DNA of 64,000 nt from Squalus acanthias (GCA_030390025.1 CM059438.1:64606001-64670000); one strand, 5' to 3'; shown: positions 9,776 to 21,962, counted from the stretch's first letter. The notes: a model not told the origin generated them from the letters alone. Made by a program: numbers and translations.

Positions 9776-12700
9776 AACATAGAAACATAGAAGATAGGAG
9801 CAGGAGTAGGCCATTCGGCCCCTCGAGCCTGTTCCGCCATTTAATGAGCTCATGGCTGATCATCCAAATTCAGTACCCTGTCCCTGCTTTCTCCCCATAT
9901 CCCTTGATCCCTTTAGCCTTAAGAAATATATCTAACTCCTTCTTGAATATATTTAATGAATTGGCCTCAACTGCCTTCTGTAGTAGAGAATTCCATAGGT
10001 TCACCACTCTCTGGGTGAAGAAATTCCTCCTCATCTCAGTCCTAAATGGCTTACCCCTTATCCTTAGACTGTGACCCCTGGTTCTGGACTCCCCCACCAT
10101 CGGGAACATCCTTCCTGCATCTAGTCTGTCTAGTCCTGTTAGAATTTTATAAGTTTCAATGAGATCTCCTCTCATTCTTCTAAACTCTAACGAATATAAG
10201 CCTAATCGACCCAATCTCTCTTCATACGTCATTCCTGCCATCCCAGATATCAGTCTGGTGAATCTTCGCTGCACTCCCTCCATGGCAAGAACATCCTTCC
10301 TCAGATAAGGCTACCAAAACTGCAAACAATACTCAAGGTGTGGTCTCACCAAGGCCCTGTACAACTGCAGCAAGACCTCCTTGCTCTTGTACTCAAATCC
10401 TCTCGCTATGAAGGCCAACATACCATTTGCCTTCTTAACCGCCTGCTGCACCTGCATGCTTACCTTCAGTGACTAGTGCACAAGGACACCCAGGTCTCGT
10501 TGCACTTCCCCTTTTCCCAATCTATTGCCGTTCAGATAATAATCTGCCTTCCTGTTTTTGCCACCGGAGTGGATAACCTCGCATTTATCCACATTATACT
10601 GCATCTGCCATGCATTTGCCCACTCACCCAACCTGTCCAAATCATACTGGAGTTTCTCTGCATCCTCCTCAAAGCACACACGCCCACCCAGCTTTGTGTC
10701 GTCTGCAAACTTGGAGATATTACATCTAGTTCCCTCGTCTAGATCATTAATACATATTGTGAATAACTGGGGTCCTAGCACCGATCCCTGCGGTACCCCA
10801 CTAGTTACTGCCTGTCACTCGGAAAAAGATCCGTTTATTCCAACTCTTTGCTTCCTGTCTGACAACCAGTTCTCTATCCAAGTCAGTAACTTACCCCCAA
10901 TCCCATGTGCTTTAAATTTGCATGCTAATCTCTTATGCGGGGCCTTATCGAAAGCCTTCTGCAAGTCCAAATGCACCACATCCACTGGTTCTCCCTTATC
11001 TATTCTACCAGTTACATCCTCAAACAATTCCAGTAGATTAGTCAAGCATGATTTACTTTTTGTAAATCCATGTTGACTTTGTCCGATCCTGTCACTGTTT
11101 TCCAAGTGCTCTGCTATTACATCTTTTATAATGGACTCTCGCATTTTCCCCACTACCGATGTCAGGCTTACCGGTCTATAATTCACCGTTTTCTCTCTCC
11201 CACCTTTTTTAAATAGTGGGGTTACATTAGCTACCCTCCAATCCATGGGAACTTTTCCAGAGTCTATAGAATTTTGGAAGATGACCAGCAATGCATCTAC
11301 TATTTCTAGGGCCACTTCCTTAAGTACCCTAGGATGTAGATTATCAGGCCCTGGGGATTTATCAATCCCATCAATTTCCCAAACACCATTTCCCTACAAA
11401 TACTGATTTCATTCAGTTCCTCCCTCTCATTAGACCCTATGTTCCCTGACATCTCTGGGAGGTTATTTGTGTCCTCCTTTGTGAAGACAGAACCAAAGTA
11501 TGTATTTAATTGGTCTGCCATTTCTTTGTTCCCCATTATAAATTCCCCTGATTCTGACTGCAAGGGACTTATGCTTGACTTCACCAATCTTTTTCTCTTC
11601 ACATATCTATAGAAGCTTTTACAGTCAGTTTTTATGTTCCCTGCAAGCTTACTCTCATACTCTATTGTCCCCCTCTTAATTAATCCCTTTGTCCTCCTTT
11701 GCTAAATCCTAAACTGCTCCCAATCCTCAGGTTTGCTGCTTTTTCTGGCCAATTTATATGCCCCTCTCCTTGGATCTTATGCTATCCCTAATTTCCCTTG
11801 TTAGCCACGGTTGAGTCACCTTTTTTGTTTTATTTTTATGCCAAACAGGGATGAACAAATTCTGTAGTTCATCCATGCGATCTTTAAATGTTTGCCATTG
11901 CCTATCCACCGTCAACCCTTTAAGTAATGTTCCCCAATCTATCCTAGCCAACTCGCGCCTCATACCATCGTAGTTTCCTTTATTTAAATTCAGGACCCTA
12001 GTCTCTGAGTCAACTACTTCACTCTCCATCTTAATGAAGAATTCTATAATATTATGATCGCTCCTCCCCAAGGGGCCTTGCACAACAAGATTGCTAATTA
12101 ATCCTTTCTCATTACATAATACCCAGTCTGAGATGGCCTGATCTCTAGTTGGTTCCTCGACATATTGGTCCGGAAACCATCCCATATACACCCTAGGAAT
12201 TCCTCCTCCACAGTATTGTTACGAATTTGTTTAGCCCAATCTATATGTAGATTAAAGTCACCCATGATAACTGCTGTGCCCTTATTGCACGCGTCTCTAA
12301 TTTCCCGTTTAATGCCATCCCCAACCTCAGCATTACTGTTTGGGGGTCTATATACAACTCCCACTAATGTTTTCTGCCCCTTGGTATTTCTCAGCTCTAC
12401 CCACACAGATTCCACATCATCAGAGCTAATATCCTTCCTTACTATTGTGTTAATCGCCTCTTTAACCAGCAATGCTACCCCACCTCCTTTTCCTTTTTGC
12501 CTGTCCTTCCTGAATATTGAATACCTCTGGATGTTGAATTCCCAGCCTTGGTCACCCTGGAGCCATGTCTCCGTAATCCCAATTATATCATATCCGTTTA
12601 CATCTATTTGCGCAGCAAGTTCATCCACCTTATTACGAATGCTCCTCGCATTAAGACACAAAGGGGTAAAAATTGAGTCGCGCCCCATTTGGGGCGCTAA

Positions 12701-13410
12701 CCTCGCCGGGGCGCGACTTTTAGCGCCCCGAAAAAATTAGCGGCCCCGCGCCGGAACTTCAGTGGTTGCGCCCCAAGAGGGAAGCGGGGCGCAACTGGAA
12801 GCAGCCCGCATCCCTCTTGGGGCGCTGCGAGTGAATATCCTGGCGCTACGTGCCGCGGTATTGCAGGCCTTCCTCCCCTTCTTAAAGGGGAGGGACCCTG
12901 CGCAGCGCGAACTGGGGCCCAGCAGGGATCGGGAGTGCCGGCAAAAGAGCCCGGCACTCAAGAGAAGTGCCGGGCTCTTGGAGCGCAGCCGGCACTTCAC
13001 GGTGGGGGGGCTTCACGGGGGCCGGGGGCAGGTGCTGGCAGGCGGCCAGCAACAAAAATGGCCGCCTGCCACCTCCGCTTTAAATATCGCCGCCCCGGCC
13101 GCACGTACGCCTCCCTGAACCCGTCGGACATAGCGTCTGGCGGTAAATCAGGGGGCGCGACTGAAGATCACGGCCGGGGCGCGAGCGGGGTGCTGCGCAC
13201 GGCGATGACGTCACAAGCCTTCAGTCTTAACACTCTTAGTCCTTTTAGAATTATTATTTACTGTAGCCCTGTTTCATTTACACCCTTGATTTCTCTGCCT
13301 TCCACTTTTGCTTTTCTCCTTCCTGTCTTTTGTTTCTATCCTTGCTCCCCTTTCCTCTGTCTCCCTGCACAAGTTATCAACCCCCTGCCATTTTAGTTTT
13401 AACCCTCCCC
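9776..13410 (-). mobile_element. CR1 LINE with almost complete, frameshifted ORF2 (APE endonuclease + reverse transcriptase), interrupted at 12663-13213
   Basis: Endonuclease motifs LNARSIRNK, IGITETWL, VYRPP, IMGDFN, SDH; RT motifs NYRPVSLTS, DLQKAFDK, LGPQLF, KFADDTKL; (CTATGTTT)n tail at 9776. Confidence 0.95.
12663..13213 (+). mobile_element. One-ended GC-rich Harbinger-type element (copy B) inserted in the CR1 endonuclease region
   Basis: Starts GGGGTAAAAATTGAGT; CR1 frame LKAL-CLNARS is split between 12662 and about 13214; no right TIR. Confidence 0.85.
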
Positions 13411-13626
13411 AAAAGCCCAAGCTCATTAGAGTTACTTTCAAAGGGTTGACCAATATCAGGTGCAGTCTAATCACAAGTCATGACTGCCACAGAGTTTTTT
13501 AAGTATTAAAGGGGAGGCTCATTGATGCTGCAGAACCTCATTCTCAGCATTGCTGGCTGTGCAGCTGCCACAGCAGGCAGCAGCAGGTCAAGGAGAAGGA
13601 GCTGGAGGACTGAAGCAGCTGTACTC

Positions 13627-15050
13627 ATGGCAGATCCATGCCCCAGGGAGAGAGCTCACAGATTCAGCAATCAAACATTGGAGGTATTGGTGCTCGCTGT
13701 GGAGAGATGGAGGGTGGTGCACTACCCGGCAAGTGGCAGGAGGCCCTCGCTGCAAGTCTTCCGTACCATGTGGAGTGATGTAGCGCAGCACATCTTGGGC
13801 AGAACTGTGGTCCCCAGGACCCACACACAGTGCAGGAAGAAATTTAATGACCTGACGCAGGTGGTCAGGGTGAATGAATGCTTCAACAATGCTACATACC
13901 ACCATCTGAACCATATTCTTCACACACTGCCCAAAGCACCACATTCCCAGCACTCACCCACCAACAATATCTACCTACCAACACTCACACCCAGATCTCA
14001 TACCTTGCACACAACAACAGCTGTTCAACTATGGAAGGCACATCACCCAACCACATTGTTCCACACTCATTCGCACATTTTCGTTTCTCTTGCAGGCCAA
14101 GTTGGCTCACAACAGGAGGGAGCAGGAGTGCACAGGCGGGGGACAAGCTGACACCCAACCACTGTCTGCACTGGGAAATAGAGTACTGGAGCTCCCCGGA
14201 GGGCAAGTTCGCGCATGAGTTCTGCTGCACAGGATTCAAATGAAGACCTCGATGGGGAGGCGTTTAGAAGAAGGGTGATGGGCAGGCACACGGAGATGAT
14301 AGGTGCAAAGGCAAGGGGTCCCGAGAGCTTCTCGGCAATGATAAGGAGCATGGAGGAGTCCGCCTCCAACATTGCACAAGGCTCTGTGCACACCATGGAG
14401 CCCATCATTTCCAGTCTGCAAAGGATGGTAGACTCCCAGAAAGACTGTGACGACCCAGACCTGATGCTGCGTGTGATGGGCGATCTGGCAGCTTCCATTG
14501 CAGCACAGGTGGAAGCGATGCAACATCTTAGCGCTGTAATGCAGTCTATGCTTGGTGGCATCCAATCTCAGACTGCTCTCATGCAGTTTCAGCTTGATGC
14601 CATGCAATCTCTGACTGCTACTATCGTGGCTGGGCCTACCACCGTCAACCTGGGGCTTTCACAGTGCTCCAACAGATTGCTAGGGATGATGAGGTGCTGC
14701 CTCGGGGGAATGGCAGTGGGTCAGTGGAGCAGGAAGCTGCTGCCCTCTCTCAGGATGACAGCATTCCTGCTCCCACCACTGGCACTCCGCCATTGCCCTT
14801 GTCGCTGCCTGTCATCCAGCCATCCCAGACTGCTGCTGCCCATGCTGAGGTGATGCAGTCTACAGCCGGGACTTCCAGGCCCAGAGCTGGTCGAGGGCAT
14901 CCTGCAAGGCCATCTGAAGTCTCCTGCACGGACACTCAGCAGCCTTCCACCAGCCCTGCTGCAGCCATTGGGCCAACACTTCATAGGAGCACTAGAGTAG
15001 GGAAAGGCACAGTAACGAGGGGCACAAAGGGATTGCACAAGGGTGAATAG
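13627..15050 (+). pseudogene. Harbinger Myb/SANT-like DNA-binding gene with intron, disrupted
   Basis: Exon 1 13627-13869 (RAHRFS...W..VA...RTHTQCRKKFNDL), GT-AG phase-0 intron 13870-14095, exon 2 AKLAHNRREQECTGGG; internal deletion and frameshifts relative to 61916-63885. Confidence 0.85.
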
Positions 15051-15193
15051 TAAATATTGTTGTTGTAAATATGTGTTCACTGATTTTTGATAAATTTATT
15101 CATTCAGTTTGGATTCTTTTGTGGTGTCTCTCATTTCAGCTTTGCACTGTGATATGACCTGCGACAGAGATGGAATGATGGGGATGTGGTGAC

Positions 15194-15422
15194 TGACATG
15201 AATCTTGTCATTCATGTGGAAATGACTTATGAAGTAATACTGGGCGGCCTGCTGGTGGCGCTGTCCAGGGAGAGTATAAATACTCGGGCATGGGCCCAGC
15301 TTGCTCAGGACATTCCTTAACAGGAACTAGTGAAGGACACAACTCGATCTCCATGTTGAAAAACAATTGATTAAAGCTTTGTTTAACGCTTAAACCAAGT
15401 GCCTAGTAGTTTTCTTACATCA
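15194..15422 (+). mobile_element. Short solo LTR (229 bp)
   Basis: TGACATGA...TTACATCA termini, flanks GTGAC/GTGAG (5-bp TSD, 1 mismatch), TATAAATA at 15275, ATTAAA at 15370; segment absent from the homologous site in Harbinger copy 2. Confidence 0.7.
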
Positions 15423-16124
15423 GTGAGCAATGGGGATGAAGGCATCATGGCTGCTGCCAGGATAGCGGGCATTGATATTGAAGATTAGCTGTCTGTGGTT
15501 GCACACCAACTGCACATTAAGTGAGTGGTAGCCTTTGTGGTTGTGGAAGATCTCAGGATTGTTATGCGGTACTTGCAAAGCCACGAGGGTGCAGTCAATG
15601 GCGCCCTGCACCATGGGGAATCCTGCTATCCTGGAAAAGCCACATGAACGCTCGTCCTGATTCTCTCTGGTGATGGGGAAGGAAATGTAATCCCTTCTCC
15701 TACTGTAGAGAGCCTCTGTGACCTCCCGGATGCAGCGATGGATGGCGAACTGCGAGATGTTAGCTATGGCTCCTGTTGCAGACTGGAAGGATCTGCTGGC
15801 AAAGAAATAGAGGGTGACGGTGACTTTGGCTGCCACTGAGAGAGCCGTGGTCACCCTGATCAGAGGCTAGAAGTCTGGTTTCAGGAGGCGGCAGAGTTCT
15901 GTGACCACCTCCTTGGTGAAGCTGAGCCTTCTAATACACTGCTCCTCGCTTAATTGGAGATAGGAGAAGTGCTCTCGGAATACCCTCAGAGGGTAAGGCT
16001 TCCTGTTGAGAGCCCTGATGGCCCTCCTCCTCCGTCTGGGCAGATGTTCCAGTTTTTCTCACTGCCTGCGCTCCCTCCGCCATAGATCCTGAAGATCGAG
16101 GTCGAATGCCAGTACAGCCCCCAT
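15423..16124 (-). pseudogene. Harbinger DDE transposase, with in-frame stops and C-terminal deletion
   Basis: One frame from ATG at 16124: RRLSFTKEVVTELC, FFASRSFQ, GAIDCTLV, HKGYHSLNVQLVC, ARYPGSSHDAFI; stops at codon 22 and near 15868. Confidence 0.9.
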
Positions 16125-16315
16125 TAATGTAACCAAATGTAGCAGTATGATTTTTTAAAGAATAAATATAACTACTTTTTAGTTGCCACAACACTCCTGA
16201 TACTAAATAACCTTGAAATTATGGAATGAGACTGTTGGACTATGTGTAACTGACACGAAAACAATGAAACTCCACTAACTACAGCTGCGACTCATTACTG
16301 ATGATCCCTTTAAAT

Positions 16316-16627
16316 GGGTTTCCTCCGGGTGCTCCGGTTTCCTCCCACTGTCCAAAAATGTGCGGGTTAGGTTGATTTGGCTATGATAAATTGACCCTTA
16401 GTGTTAGGGGGGGATTAAATATGTGGGGTTATGGGGATAGGATGGGATATGTTAGGGGGAATTAAATACGTGGGGTTACGGGGGTCGGGTGGGATATGTG
16501 TACTGTGGGGATTAAAGCAGGGACAGGGTACTGGATTTGAATGATCAGCCATGATTGTATTGAATGGTGGTGCAGGCTCGACGGGCCGAATGGCCTACTC
16601 CTGCTCCTAGATTCTATGTTTCTATGT
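16316..16627 (+). mobile_element. HE1-like V-SINE, 5'-truncated, with CR1-derived tail
   Basis: V-domain GGGTTTCCTCCGGGTGCTCCGGTTTCCTCCC followed by CR1 3' end GGGCCGAATGGCCTACTCCTGCTCC...CTATGTTTCTATGT. Confidence 0.8.
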
Positions 16628-17281
16628 CCCTGGAGCCGGCTTCCTGCCGCCTCACGCCAGCTCTCCCTGTTGCTGTTTACTCCAGGCGCTAAGATAGGTG
16701 GCAACAATCAATTTTGCAGATCAGGCGGCCAGTGAGCGTTTCACACTCACTGATGTCACTATCCACCTGGCGTTGAGGCTCCTGGCGATAACTGTTAGCG
16801 GCGGCGCTGCAGGGAGGTGGGATTTGGCGTGCGCTGTTGGATTCGCCTCAGCCCAGCAATAATGCGCTAGCGCCCTGTTAGCGCCATCTGCTGGCGATAA
16901 TGGAAGGCGCTAAGGTGCCGAGTTTTTCCCCGTTCAGTGTTTTAATTTAAGAAAAATTAAAGAGCAGAAAGGGAAGGAATGTTCATTTGTATTATTCTTT
17001 TCATCTTTAACTTTGACTGTCAGTGGGACTCCCGTGTTAATTTGTGAATATACTTAACATTGACAAATCCACTAATTATAACCTTATTAATACCGAATCC
17101 CTAAACACAGCACGTCCTTTTATTTCAGTATAATTTAACCCAACTTGTTGCTGAATTTTAAGGTTCAAGAATCTCACTAGCATAATTGACTTAAATTGCA
17201 TCTGCAAACTTCTGCAAATGTTTTTAACACAAGCCAACAGAACGATTAGCTCAGTTAAGAACCTCACAAATGCACCAGCAC

Positions 17282-17620
17282 ATGATAGGGTAGATGTAGA
17301 AAAGTTGTTTCCACTTGTGAGGGAGTCCAAAACTAGGAGCCATAAATATAAGACAGTCACTAATAAATCCAATTAAGGAATTCAGGAGAAACCTTCTTTA
17401 CCCAGAGAGTGGTTGGAATGTGGAACTCGCTACCACAGGGAGTGGTTGAGGTGAATAGCACAGAGGCATTTAAGGGAAAGCTGGATAAGTACATGAGGGA
17501 GAAAGGAATAGAAGGTTATGTTGATCGGGTGAGACGAAGTAAGGTGGGAGGAGGCTTTAACCCTGGCAAGGACCAGTTCTGCCGAAGGACCTGTTTCTGT
17601 GCTGTCAATACTATAGAATA
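17282..17620 (+). mobile_element. CR1 LINE 3' fragment
   Basis: Peptide RVVGMWNSLPQGVVE...FKGKLDKYMREKGIEGY. Confidence 0.85.
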
Positions 17621-17999
17621 CGAACAGCCCTGATGCCAGTGTGAAATATTTGCCCTGTTTCAGCAGCCAGCCTGAACCCATTCCTATTTTGTCTCATCAG
17701 GAATTTGCCCATTTCCATCTGAAAAGATCCCATAAATTATGCATTCCTTGTATTGGGTTGGCAGGTTATTTCATACATTTATAACTCTAAGTGAGAAAAA
17801 AAGAGCCTCAAGTCTCCTGTGGCTCATAGTTAGAGATTATTAACATTAGTCTCATTTTTCATTCCAGTTTCAAATAAAGAATATTCCTGCTTCTTTCTAA
17901 TTGCCTTCCATTTTAAGCACTTGAACTGCACTTCCCTCCTCCACACACAAATTTTTGTTTCTGTCCAGAACTATTTATATTTCTAATAAGCTCCAATGT

Positions 18000-18920
18000 C
18001 GCCTCTTTGTCGCCTTACTTTCTGCTCATTTACATATTGCCCCTCAGCGACATCAACCATCGGCACAGGTCAGTTTTCATATGTATGTTGACACTCAGCT
18101 GTACTTCTCCATTACCAACTCGACTCCATGGCCATCCCAGTGTTGTCAAAAGGCTTATCTGACATTAACTTGCAAATGGGTCAAAACTGAAACCAGTGGA
18201 ATATTGGCGTGGCCGAGGCCACCTTATTCAGCCCGTGACAAAAGCATTGACTCCATCTCATTCCCTTCTCAATTTGAACCAGATGGTTCACAATGTTGGT
18301 GCCCGGTTCAACCCTCAACTGAGTTTCATATCCATATCCTACACATTAGCAAGATGGCGTACTTCTGCACCCGCAACATTGCCACCCTCTGTGATTACCT
18401 CAGACCCACCACTCCTGATTCTTTCATCCATGTTTTAGTTACCTCCATAATTGACGTCCCCAATACCCTCCTTACCCGCTGCCCGAGCTTCTCTTCTCCA
18501 GAAACTCCAAGCTGTGCTGCCTACCTCCTGTAACGCGTTAGGTCCTGCTCATCTATCATCTCCACTGTCACTCACAATATATCAGGTTCTAAATCCTGAT
18601 TCCCTCTCCCAAACCCTAAAATGGCCTTGCACCATCACACCCTGTACTGTTCAGTCTTTTGACTCTGACATCCTTCTCTTTCCCCAGCTCCACCATTGGT
18701 GGCAGTAACTTGAATGAACTCAGCCCACTCGCTGGAAGTCCCTCCCTACCTCGTTCCCCATTGCTACTTCTCTCCTCACTTTTAAAAGGCATCTCAAAAC
18801 CTACTTGACTTTTGGCATGTATCCTAAATCTTCTACCCACCACCTGGTATCTGTTTCACCTCTGGGGAGTGCCTTGGGATATTTTTCACACATAAAAAAC
18901 GCGACACAAAAGTCAAGTGT
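18000..18920 (+). mobile_element. Old L2 LINE 3' fragment
   Basis: FHMYVDTQLYFS (degenerate YADDTQLY RT motif) and L2-type downstream residues. Confidence 0.7.
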
Positions 18921-19399
18921 TCAACAGCTGAAGACTCCTCTTAAAGCTCAGTGACTCAAACTCCCGAGGTATACTCGATGATTATTAAACGCTTCACAAA
19001 GAGTTGGGAGGGGGGGTGAATTTCTTTGGAGCTTCTCCCACTGCACCGCTACAACTTCTGTGGAAGTTCGGCATAAAACCTTGTTTACGCTCATAATCAG
19101 CGGTGTAGCATGAGAAGCTCCGAGAAATTCATACAGTTAGTGTTGTTTTTACAGTGACCAGAACAGAACATAATACTGCACTCAGGGTTTGATTAATGCT
19201 CTGTTAACTTGGTTGGAATTGATTTGATCTCCTTACAACGTATACGTCTTGGCCAACATTCTTCTCTCAACCAATATTACCAAATGCAAATTAACTGGTT
19301 ATACTCCTCATTCCTGGTTGTGGAATCTTGCTGTGTTCAGAGATTGGGTGGATTGATGTTCAATGAAAGGCAATGCATTGTGAATGGATGAATACAGAG

Positions 19400-19870
19400 A
19401 GGGTATGTACACTAAATGGTAAAACGTTAAAAGGAGTAAAGGAACAAAGACTTGAAGGGTGAGAAAATCGAATCTCAAAATGGGAGGACAAGTTGATAAA
19501 GTTTTAAAAAGAAGCATATGGGATTTTTGTTTTTATAAATAGGAATGTAGCACAAAGCAAAGAGGTAAATTTATAGAAATCATTGGTTGGGCCACAGTTC
19601 GAATATAGTGTCCAGTTTTAGATATCTTACTTCAGGAAAGATGTCAAGACCATTGAGAAAGTCCAGAGGAGATTCACTGAGATGACACCAGAGATGAAAG
19701 GCTTTAGTTTTGATGAGATTCTAGCGAACCTGGGACGCTTTCCCTGAGAAAAGAGCAGATTAAGAGTTTTGATAGAGGTGTTCAAAATTGAGGAGTTTTG
19801 ATCAGGTAAATCGAGATAAACTATCCCCACTGACTGCTGAGTTAGTAAGTAGATGGTGTAAATTTAAGAT
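19400..19870 (+). mobile_element. Old CR1 LINE fragment
   Basis: Degenerate YRNH/LVGPQFEYSVQF...FRKDVKTIEKVQRRFT region. Confidence 0.7.
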
Positions 19871-20689
19871 TAAGATGCACTCCATCACGTAGAGTCGCCT
19901 TCAATTCAAAAATATTGGATCGTGCTATTCAGATTTCTAAATCAAATACCAACCCGTTACCCAAATAATCATCTGGAAATCAATCTTGGAGATACTTGTT
20001 GCCAATAAGTAGGTTAATAACCATATTCAGTTAGGCTGATTTGGAATTTACATATGCTGGGAGACAAATCAATATTTAGGATGCTGATGCAAATAAACGG
20101 GTTATGCAATGAAATGGTAAGTGATGTGGTTAGGCTTGCGATCCAAAATCTGTTTTTAAGATGCGTACTGTTCCATGAAGAGCATCGGTTCAAATCGATA
20201 GTTGAACCAGATTGCTGGCGACAAAGAGAATTGTATGAGGGGATTTTGCAAGTGGAATTTGTGGGCTTGGATCTTCCTGGATCTAAAGTCAGGCTCTTCA
20301 GAGCGTAAGAAAACCACTTGTGTTTATTGGTCTCTGTTAATATTTATCCTGTAATTCTTTAGGCCGATCTGACAAGATGGGCGATATGTGTACATGTGCA
20401 CTCATCAGCAAAAGATTTTACATGAATCACATCCAACAAGTGTACAGAAGAAGATAAAGTACATGCATGAACAATATTCAGTAGTTGCTTATGGAGCTCG
20501 GAGCTTTTCTCACTATGTTTGGGATGTCATTAACTCAGTCCAACTGTGACCATTGTACTTGATGTTTGCCATGCACGGAACTCAGCCAGACCGTCTTCGT
20601 GAGACGAGATGGTTCAGCACTTTGAAGGAGGATCGGTTAGAAGGTAAGTTAATTTTCGGTGTTCAGGTGCACACCTGGGACACTTTGTG

Positions 20690-20835
20690 GGACCTTGCTG
20701 TGCGCAAATCGGCTGCCGCGTTTCCTTATATTCCAACAGTGCCCACGCTGCAAAAATACTGAATTGGCTGTGAAGCACTTGTGGATGTCCTGCGGTCATG
20801 AAAGGCACGATACAAATCCAAGTTCTTTTTTCCTC
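20690..20835 (+). mobile_element. DeuSINE 3' fragment
   Basis: TTGCTGTGCGCAAATCGGCTGCCGCGTTTCC and tail as in full copies. Confidence 0.75.
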
Positions 20836-21202
20836 TTCTCTCAGTTAGAATAACGGGCATGTAAGGAGATGGAACAATCTAAACACTGGAAGGAAATAAA
20901 ATAGTAACAGAAGCAAGGAATGATAATCATTTGTTGTATGTCACTTGGGGCGGGGAAGAATAGTCGGCCAGCATTAGAGCTGCTAATGGAGAACCAGTTC
21001 ACCTGGTGAAGGTGAGGCACCATGGGTTTCCCAACTGCGATTCGTCACATTGTCATTTCCCGAACTCCGCAAAGGCCGGGTGCTTGCCCACAGGAGTGGA
21101 GGGAGCGGAAACCGGAGCATACTCCCAAGTAATATTGCAAAAGATCACCTCTTCACCTTCTCTACTGGCAGATGGCCCAGAGAGACCAAGGGCCTGGCAA
21201 TA

Positions 21203-21222
21203 GGGGGGGGGGGGGGGGGGGG
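21203..21222 (+). repeat. Poly-G tract (about 20 nt)
   Basis: Uninterrupted G run. Confidence 0.9.
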
Positions 21223-21389
21223 AAATAATACATGTCCAACAAAATATAAAGAAAATGGAGGAGAGATGAAAAATAAGCAGAAACAAAAATAAAGCCACTC
21301 AGTAGAAAGCTGACCAGAGGGCTCCCAAAGCTCGATTACTTAGTGGCAGCTGGTGTACAATGTGGGATCTGTAAAATAATTGCTGGGTA

Positions 21390-21630
21390 ACCAGGGCTAA
21401 AAGGGTTAAATTATGAGAGCAGGTTGCAGAGACTAGACGTGTATTCCCTTGCGTATAGAAGATTAACGGATGATCTGATTGCGGTGTTTAAAATGATCAA
21501 AGGAGTTGATAGGCTAGATAGAGAGAAACTACCGAGGCGGGTAGATGAAGTTAAGATACAAATGAGTCATGATTTAATTGAATGGTGGAACAGGCTTGAG
21601 GGGCTGAATGGCCTACTCCTGTTCCTATGT
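21390..21630 (+). mobile_element. CR1 3' fragment with internal deletion
   Basis: RLQRLDVYSLAYRRLTDDLIAVFKMIKG plus 3' UTR. Confidence 0.85.
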
Positions 21631-21962
21631 AACCCAGTTATAAGCAGCAAATGGCATTTTTGACACAGATCTTGTATGAGTGCCAGAAATACCAGCAGGC
21701 TTCAGAATGGTACAGCCTTAGCAGGACAGAATGAGTCACTCTTTTATAAGCACCCACCTTAGCAGTCTTGCACGAGTGAATTTTACTGTTGCGCAGCATT
21801 CTCGATGAACTCTCTTTGGCAGATTCTCCAGTCACACCTGTCGTCTGCCATGGACCATGATGTAAAATTTCTTCAATCAAAACATGGAACATGTTCTCTG
21901 CCACAGCTGGGAATTGAGTGTGATTTATATCGTACACACAACTGCCTCTTTTATCTTGTGTT

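Larger units (their letters stand above)
9660..16931. mobile_element. Decayed two-gene PIF/Harbinger transposon (copy 1) hosting four nested insertions
   Basis: Myb/SANT gene and DDE transposase in convergent orientation; left end GGGCTAGAAATTC matches the terminus GGCCTAGAAATTC of copy 2 at 59865; right end GAGTTTTTCCCC. The left boundary is inferred and no TSD match is seen. Confidence 0.7.

Noticed and set aside
20363..20643. AG...GTAAGT-bounded segment resembling an exon
   Set aside because: Stops in all three frames; could only be non-coding and there is no supporting evidence.
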